Below, in pieces: positions 57,312 through 64,000 of a DNA stretch of 64,000 nt (its first letter is position 1; every line of letters starts with the position of its first letter). The stretch lies in assembly GCF_036321535.1 (NCBI RefSeq), contig NC_087452.1, positions 33,418,001 to 33,482,000 of the forward strand, in the 5' to 3' direction. This stretch comes from Camelus dromedarius (Eukaryota). The position numbers and the translations under genes were made by a program. The notes beneath the pieces were generated by a model. The model saw only the letters and a program-made list of their open reading frames with translations, did no database searches and had not been told where the DNA came from.

Positions 57312-60300
57312 ATGCCGTTTGGGTGTGTGACTCTCGGCGACAAGAAGAACTATAACCAGCCGTCGGAGGTGACCGACAGATATGACTTGGGACAGGTCAT
57401 CAAGACGTGAGTGCCGGGTCTGTTGGGCAAGGGTGGGCAGGCAAGGGCTGCGGAAAGGGGCACAGAATATAGCCCGTGCTGAGTGGAGTGCCTGCTGGCT
57501 GCAGTGAGGAGTTCTGTGAGATCTTCCGGGCCAAGGACAAGACGACAGGCAAGCTACACACCTGCAAGAAATTCCAGAAGCGGGATGGCCGCAAGGTGCG
57601 GAAGGCAGCCAAGAACGAGATAGGCATCCTAAAGATGTGAGTGTGAGGCCTGGGGGTGGGGTGAGGTAGGGTAGGGGAGGCAGCAGGTAAGGGCTTCAAG
57701 GGCTGGTAGCTTCAAGCAGTACCAGCCTCTGGCTAGTTAGTCTGCTGTGGTCCACAGTGGCAACCAGAGCCTCTCTTAGGAGTTTACCCAGCCCTAACTA
57801 TTGGCTCTCCTCTCTGCTGCTAGGGTGAAGCATCCCAACATCTTGCAACTGGTGGATGTGTTTGTGACCCGCAAGGAGTACTTTATCTTCTTGGAGCTGT
57901 GAGTGTGGGTCTGGGTTTCCGGGATTACTCAGTCCCCAGGGTCTTTACCTGCTCTGCCCTCTGCAGCCGGGGAAAGCCCCTCCTTCTGGATCCTTGGGGT
58001 CTCAGGTCTCTGTGCCTTGCCCAGCCAGCTGCCTGGTGTAGGCAGCCTACCCACATGCTCCTGCCCTACCCCCAATTCTGCCCACGCCGGGCTCAGGGGC
58101 TGGTGTCCTTCAGGGCCACGGGGAGGGAGGTGTTTGACTGGATCCTGGACCAGGGCTACTACTCGGAGCGAGACACAAGCAACGTGGTGCGGCAGGTCCT
58201 GGAGGCAGTGGCCTACCTGCACTCACTCAAGATCGTGCACAGGAACCTCAAGGTGAGGATAGTAGCCAGGTCAAAGGGTCAGGAGGCAGCCGGCCTGGGG
58301 CTGGGATGGGCTGCACCTTGGGGCCTTGGTCCAGCCTCTGAGATTTCCATGGTGTCTTCCTCTGCCCACCCATATGCCATTCCTGGCCTGAGCAGCTGGA
58401 GAACCTGGTTTACTACAATCGGCTGAAGAACTCAAAGATCGTCATCAGCGACTTTCACCTGGCTAAGCTAGAGAATGGCCTGATCAAGGAGCCCTGTGGG
58501 ACCCCCGAGTACCTGGGCAAGCAGGGGGTGGGGCAGGGCAGGGTGGGAGACAGCCTTTAAGGAGTGGCTCTGGGTAGGGGGGAAGGAAGTCCCCATCCCA
58601 GGAAATGGATGTGAGTGGTACAAGGCCTGGCCAGGCCTGATATTGACCAGCAGGTGGACACTGTTTGCAGCCCCGGAGGTGGTAGGCCGGCAGCGATATG
58701 GACGCCCTGTGGACTGCTGGGCCATTGGAGTCATCATGTACATCCTGTAAGTGGATGAGCCGGCAAACAAGCTTGCAGCCAGATGGGGTGGGGGGTCTGT
58801 GTCCATGGCCTTCCAGTGACCCTGCCCTTGGCCCTCCATGAAGGCTTTCAGGGAACCCACCTTTCTACGAGGAGGTGGAGGAAGATGACTATGAGAACCA
58901 TGATAAGAATCTCTTCCGCAAGATCCTGGCTGGCGACTATGAGTTTGACTCTCCATACTGGGATGACATTTCTCAGGCTGGTGAGGAGACCTGCTCTCAG
59001 CCTTCTCTGATGGACTCTGATCCTAACCCCCAGCCCAATCATCCCCTCTAGACAGTGAGATGGGGTGCCCATGTCTAGCTCTCTCTGGTTTTCTCCCCAG
59101 CCAAAGACCTGGTCACAAGGCTGATGGAGGTGGAGCAAGACCAGCGGATCACTGCGGAAGAAGCCATCTCCCATGAGTGGTGAGCAGGGCCCGGGAAGGA
59201 TGGGAGGAGAGGCCAGGGTTCCCTTGGCCTCTGTCCTCCTCGCACTTAGCAGCCTCCATACTTGAGGCCTCGAGTTGGGGTTGGAAGGGCACCCAGAGCT
59301 CAGGCCAGCCCAGAGGGTCTGCCTGGTAATCCCTTGATCTTACAAGGGAAGGGCTGGGTACAATCTCCATGAAGGCCATACTCCTTCAGATCCAGACGCA
59401 CTTGCACTCTTTCCAGGATTTCTGGCAATGCTGCTTCTGATAAAAACATCAAGGACGGTGTCTGTGCCCAGATTGAAAAGAACTTTGCCAGGGCTAAGTG
59501 GAAGGTAAGGCTTGGATGCCTCCCTTTTCTGGCTTGATCTCAAGAGCTCTTTCTGGCGCCATAGTTTTCTTGCCTGCATCACATCCCTGTAGCCACACAC
59601 AGGCTTTTCTTCAAACATCAGGTGTAGCTGGAGCCACTGTTACTACTTGAAGCAGGTGTGCTGAGCAGCTGGGTTCCTGGCCTTGGGGTGGTCAGAGGCA
59701 GCCGGGGCACTATGGAATGGTCTGGGTTTGGCCTCTGGGGAAGGAATGGATACAGCTTCCATAAGCTTCACTCTGAGCCTCTATCCACTGTCCTTTCAGA
59801 AGGCTGTCCGAGTGACCACCCTCATGAAACGGCTCAGGGCACCGGAGCAGTCCAGCACAGCTGCAGCCCAGTCTGCCCCAGCCACAGACACTGCCACTCC
59901 TGGGGCTGCAGGTGGGGCCACTGCTGCAAGTGGAGCTGCCCCAGCTCTTGGGGGCAGTGCCATCCCAGCCACAGTGGGTGATGCTGCAAAGAGNNNNNNN
60001 NNNNNNNNNNNNNNNNNNNNNNNNNNNNNNNNNNNNNNNNNNNNNNNNNNNNNNNNNNNNNNNNNNNNNNNNNNNNNNNNNNNNNNNNNNNNNNNNNNNN
60101 NNNNNNNNNNNNNNNNNNNNNNNNNNNNNNNNNNNNNNNNNNNNNNNNNAGCTACTGATGGGAGAGCCACACCAGCCATGGAAGAGAGCACCACCCAAAG
60201 CAGTGCCACACCGGCCACCAAAGCTGCTGCCACCCCTGGGCCGGCTTTAGCCCAGCCGGACAGCACAGCCCCAGGGGGCGCAACAGGCCAGGCTCCACCC

Positions 60301-60363
60301 TCTAGTAAAGGGGAAGAGGCTGCTGGCTCTGCCCAGGAGTCTCGGAGGGAGGAGGCCAGCTGA
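57312..60363 (+). CDS. CAMKV: CaM kinase-like vesicle-associated protein (catalytically dead pseudokinase), about 501 aa
   Basis: Coding exons 57312-57406, 57505-57636, 57824-57898, 58114-58252, 58396-58516, 58671-58746, 58844-58980, 59101-59179, 59417-59504 and 59800-60363, total 1506 nt including the N gap. Shows MPFGCVTLGDKK, HRN in place of HRD (58238-58246), DFH in place of DFG (58450-58458), the CaM-binding FARAKWKKAVRV and an Ala/Thr/Pro-rich tail. Confidence 0.96.
58517..58670 (+). other. Non-canonical GC-AG intron in CAMKV
   Basis: The conserved GTPEYL-A-PEV reading requires the donor CTGG|GCAAGC and the acceptor tttgcag|CC. There is no GT alternative at this junction. Confidence 0.85.
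59994..60149. other. Assembly gap (156 N) inside the last CAMKV exon
   Basis: N run seen directly. It is a multiple of 3 and falls in the ATPATDG-type repeat region. Confidence 0.98.
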
Positions 60364-61685
60364 GTGGGCAGACTGGTGGGGGGGCGGGGGATGGGCAAGA
60401 GGGTGGGAGAGTGGATGAGGGGCTTCTCACTGTACATAGAGTCACTGGCATGATGCCCTCACTCCCCCCGCCCCTGCCTCCTAGCATGGGGCATGTCTGG
60501 GGGCCACAGGAGAGCAGTCTCATCTCCTGTGGGTATGTGCATTGAGTGGTGGGCAGGCCAGAAGCAGGACCAGCCCCAGCCCCTGCATGGATTCCTTGTG
60601 GCTTTTCTGTCTTTTGCTAGCTTTATCAGTTTCTGTTCCTTGTGGGATGCTGCTCTAGGGATACTCAGGAGGTCCCTGCTCCCCTCCCTCTTCCCTTTTT
60701 GCCTCACAATTCCCCTTGGCCGGCCCTGCAGGTCCCATCCTCTCCCAGGCCCTAAACTTGGGTGGCCTTGCCCTGAGAGCTGGTCCTCCAGCGAGGCCCT
60801 GTCAGCGGTCTTAGGCTCTTGCACATGAAGGTATGTGCCTGTGGTATGTGTGCTGCTCTAGGAGTGGAAACAGGCTGGTACAGAGAATGCAATCATCTAG
60901 GGCAGTAGGCTTTTAGACAAGACTAGTCGCATGACTGGGGGCACTGCTTGGTAGCCGTGGGGGTCTTCAGAAATGAAAGAGAGTTAGAGGGTAGAAGCTT
61001 CCATTTTTGTCTCTGGGAAGTCTCTCCCAAGACCCTAGTGCTGTTTCCTGCCCTCCTGGGTCCTGTAGTGGGTTGCCCTGTGCCCTGAGCTTCATGAGCC
61101 TGTAAGAGGGAGGAGGAGCAATTAGGATGTGGCAATGAGACCTGGGAGGGCAGAGTAGGCCCAGCACCTAGTATACCAGTCTAGCTGGGTCCTTACCATG
61201 GGCCAAAGAAGGAAGGTTAACATCTCCTGGCTCTTCCCAGATGGCCCCCCTCAGGCTCAGTCCACCATTCTCTCCATCCTGGGGGGCCTGCTGCATGGCA
61301 GTGTCCTGCAGTCTTATTTAGGGGTCTGCCCTTCACAGGGGCAGATTTTCTGCTCTCCCAATTCAACAACAAAATAGAGAGGAACACTCTCTATGTCTAT
61401 GACCCACTTCCCCTTCTATCAAGGCTTGGAGAGAGGCCCAGGTGCCTCTGAACCATGCTGAGTTGCGTTTGCTGGGATGAGGGAGTAGAATAAAGCTCCC
61501 CAGTTTCATGATGGAGGTTCCTGGCAGGTGCCCTTTGTCAGACCCCACTACAGCCTGGACGGGCAGCCATACTGGTCCCAGCCCTCGCTTGGCACTCGGG
61601 GGTAGTCCTGCCCTTCTCCCTGCATGCCTGTGGGTCTGCTCTGGTGTATGAAGGTTGGTGGGCTGTGTGCCTGCTGAACCTGGCA

Positions 61686-61691
61686 AATAAA
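61686..61691 (+). terminator. Likely distal CAMKV polyadenylation signal (a proximal AATAAA is at 61489-61494)
   Basis: AATAAA at both positions in the 3'UTR. Confidence 0.65.
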
Positions 61692-62899
61692 TGTCACTCT
61701 GCCAAAGCCTCTGGCCACCCTCTTGCCTTTGCTTCCTATATATTACTGGGGAAGGGCCCCTGGAAGGCAGTGGGGAGGGGAGAAGCTGGGAGTAGGTCCA
61801 CAGGTAGTGGTCTGTGCTCAATGCCATGTGGACTGCTTGGGCTGAGAGAACAGATCATCCTCACCACAGTATATTCCTTGATGGTGGAGGGATGATCCTC
61901 TGGACTCTAGAAATCCATGTGGGTGGTGGGTCCTGTGCTGGGCTTATGCCAAGGAATAACCTCTGGGCTGCTGTTCTGACAAGTCCTATTGAACAAGGAG
62001 CCCTTGTCTTGACTTAGGCATAGACCTAGAACCCACCAAGGGCCATAGGGAGAAACGTTGCCCGTGGCCAAAGTGGGCTTCCCTGGATTGCCGAGTGGGT
62101 GCAGGGTGGGCATCACACAAAGATTCTATTCTGCCCTTTGTGTTGATTCCTCCTTTCTATGAACAAAACCTTTGCGTTCTGCATAGACCCCAAGGACTTC
62201 ATGCTGGGTCTGCTTCAGGTGGAATAGATCAGCCTTATATTATGGGGCTTTACCTAATGTTTCTTCTGAGGAGAGGGGAGTAACACTGCTAAAATTAGTT
62301 AAGCACGAAAACTCCTAGGAAGGCTTATTCCAGCCCTGATCAGCCCAGGTGAACTCTCCAGGGATGCTGCTCTTTGTCAGAGAAGACCCCCACAAAGATA
62401 ACTTCTCTGATGTGGGAATAAAAAAGGTTTGTTAGTCACTTGTCTGTGAAGCATCTGAGCCTCCAAAATTCCAACCCTACTGCAGTCCTGAGGCAAAACT
62501 GATCTTCCTGAGAGCTAGGAGCTAAAGTCAGGATATTGACCCTGCCACCTCAAACTTAGGGATCATAAAGCCTTGCTTGTACAGAGCCAGGGTGAGCTTG
62601 GGGTGTCCTAAGGATTAGAACCTGTGTCCATCATTCTAGGACCACTTAGAGCCGAGGTCTGAGAGGGTGGAGCATTCTTTTGGCCTGGAAGCTATGGACT
62701 TCCACCATATGGTCGAACACTGCCCAAAGCCCAGGGGACTCACTCTCCATCGAGAACATCGTCCCATTCCCTTATGGTCCCGGTCTTCTCGACTCTCCCG
62801 AAGTGCAGAGAAGGCGGCACTGAGAGAACAGGGGCTGAAGAGCCGGTGCCTAGTATGCCGCGCACCAGCTCTGGCTTGGGACCATAACGCCCCATCTTA

Positions 62900-63500
62900 C
62901 CCCAGAAAGGGGCCTGGCCGGCGGAGTAGCTACTCCCGGTGCTCCGCCAACGCTGCACTCTTGCGGTACTGGCCGTGTTTCCGAGAGCCTAGGGAGAGAT
63001 ACCGCTGACAGTTTCAGGCCTGCGCTCCGCCCCAGGATTCTTCACGGGCCGCGGAGCCGTTAAGCCCCGCCCCTGAGGGTTCGTCCAATCCGGATCCAAC
63101 CTTCAGTCGGCGCCTTCAAGTTCCGTGTGGCCACTTCCGATCCGTTCCGGAAGTCGCTCAGTGGAGCCAAATTTGAAGCAAACGGAGACGTCTAGGCGCA
63201 GCCACGAAGCTGGACCGGTCGCGGCTTCCTTGGATACCTGCGCCTGTTGAGACCAGTCATCATGCCCATTCGTGCGCTGTGCACCATCTGCTCCGACTTC
63301 TTCGACCACTCCCGTGACGTGGCCGCCATCCACTGCGGCCATACCTTCCACTTACAGTGGTGAGTGACCGCTGTTTGGGGACTGGGCACTCGCTCTGGTA
63401 CCTCTACAGGACTGTGGGGTGTCCGGGCGACCGGTCCGCGGAGCCCAGACTGGTGATGAGGACGTCCTTAGACGGTACCCCACGAGAGGTTCCCAACCTG
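62900..63500. promoter_or_regulatory. CpG island / TRAIP promoter with GC box, CCAAT, ETS and CHR elements
   Basis: ccccgcccc at 63065-63073, CCAAT at 63085-63089, CACTTCCG and TTCCGGAAGT at about 63132-63154, TTTGAA at 63172-63177. Confidence 0.75.
63262..63359 (+). CDS. TRAIP: TRAF-interacting protein (RING E3 ligase), coding exon 1; 3'-partial
   Basis: ATG CCC ATT... encodes MPIRALCTICSDFFDHSRDVAAIHCGHTFHLQ(C), the start of the RING domain. Phase-2 donor CAGTG|GTGAGT at 63359/63360. Confidence 0.95.
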
Positions 63501-64000
63501 GGCAGGAGCGGATCATGGCAGGCTTCCCGGAGGAGGTGATACCTGAGCTGAGGCCGGCAAGGGTCGGGGTTGGTTTAATGAAGACAGAGTAGGGATTTCC
63601 TTGATAGACTTGCAAAAAGACGTGATTTCAAAATCAGTAACCCGGGGGGAGATGAACTTTTGCCACATTAGCGAGCCCGTTTGTTTCTTTGAGACCTGTT
63701 ACACTTATGGCTACCCGATTTGTTGTGGTTTGCTTGACGTTTTGGAATGATTCTGTCCAGAGTCATTTCGTTGTTTAAACACCCCGGTGTATTCACAGAC
63801 CCTAGTAGACTCAAGTTAATATCGGAGAGCAAGGAGGTCCTCGCTAATCAAGCGTTTCTGTAGACCCGTAGGACCATACTGTCGAGTGTACAGCGGGTGG
63901 GGAGGTTCCCCTAGCAGCTGTGGACAGGCTGATTCGGAGCTCCTTTTTCAATTGTGATGAAATATGCGTAAAAAAATTTACCATTTTAACCATTTCTTTT

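Noticed and set aside
59683-59799. In-frame open stretch upstream of the last CAMKV exon
   Set aside because: Intronic. The true acceptor at 59799/59800 joins WK to KAVRV and gives the expected protein length.
1-64000. CRISPR arrays, rRNA genes, prokaryotic or viral systems
   Set aside because: No regularly spaced repeat-spacer pattern, rRNA similarity or retroviral ORFs were seen; this is ordinary mammalian euchromatin.

Overview
Mammalian gene-dense segment, syntenic with human 3p21.31 but read in the opposite orientation. From left to right it holds the non-coding first exon of RBM6 (minus strand), then on the plus strand MON1A (5 coding exons, 555 aa), MST1R/RON (20 exons, 1400 aa), an intact single-exon 1250-codon actin-like gene (ACTL11 ortholog), the pseudokinase CAMKV (10 coding exons, 501 aa assuming the 156-nt N gap is the correct size) and the first coding exon of TRAIP. 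The exon structures were traced by hand at splice consensus sites, and every CDS closes in frame. Four young tRNA-Ala-like SINEs resemble the camelid vic-1 family, so the source is probably a camel, alpaca or llama (inference); older L1, L2, MIR, MLT1 and MER5 relics are also present. The most interesting signals are: (1) the intact ACTL11 ORF, with about 900 aa of low-complexity N-terminus, an 18-aa GQPP repeat and an actin fold with altered catalytic residues; (2) a cluster of near-perfect RFX X-boxes bracketing it, including a pair 42 bp apart just downstream; (3) no in-frame ATG in MST1R exon 11, where short-form RON starts in human and mouse; (4) a sense SINE carrying AATAAA signals in the last MST1R intron, behind an immediate stop codon; (5) uORF architecture in MON1A and CAMKV. 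Comparisons with human and mouse sequences are from memory and must be confirmed by alignment.
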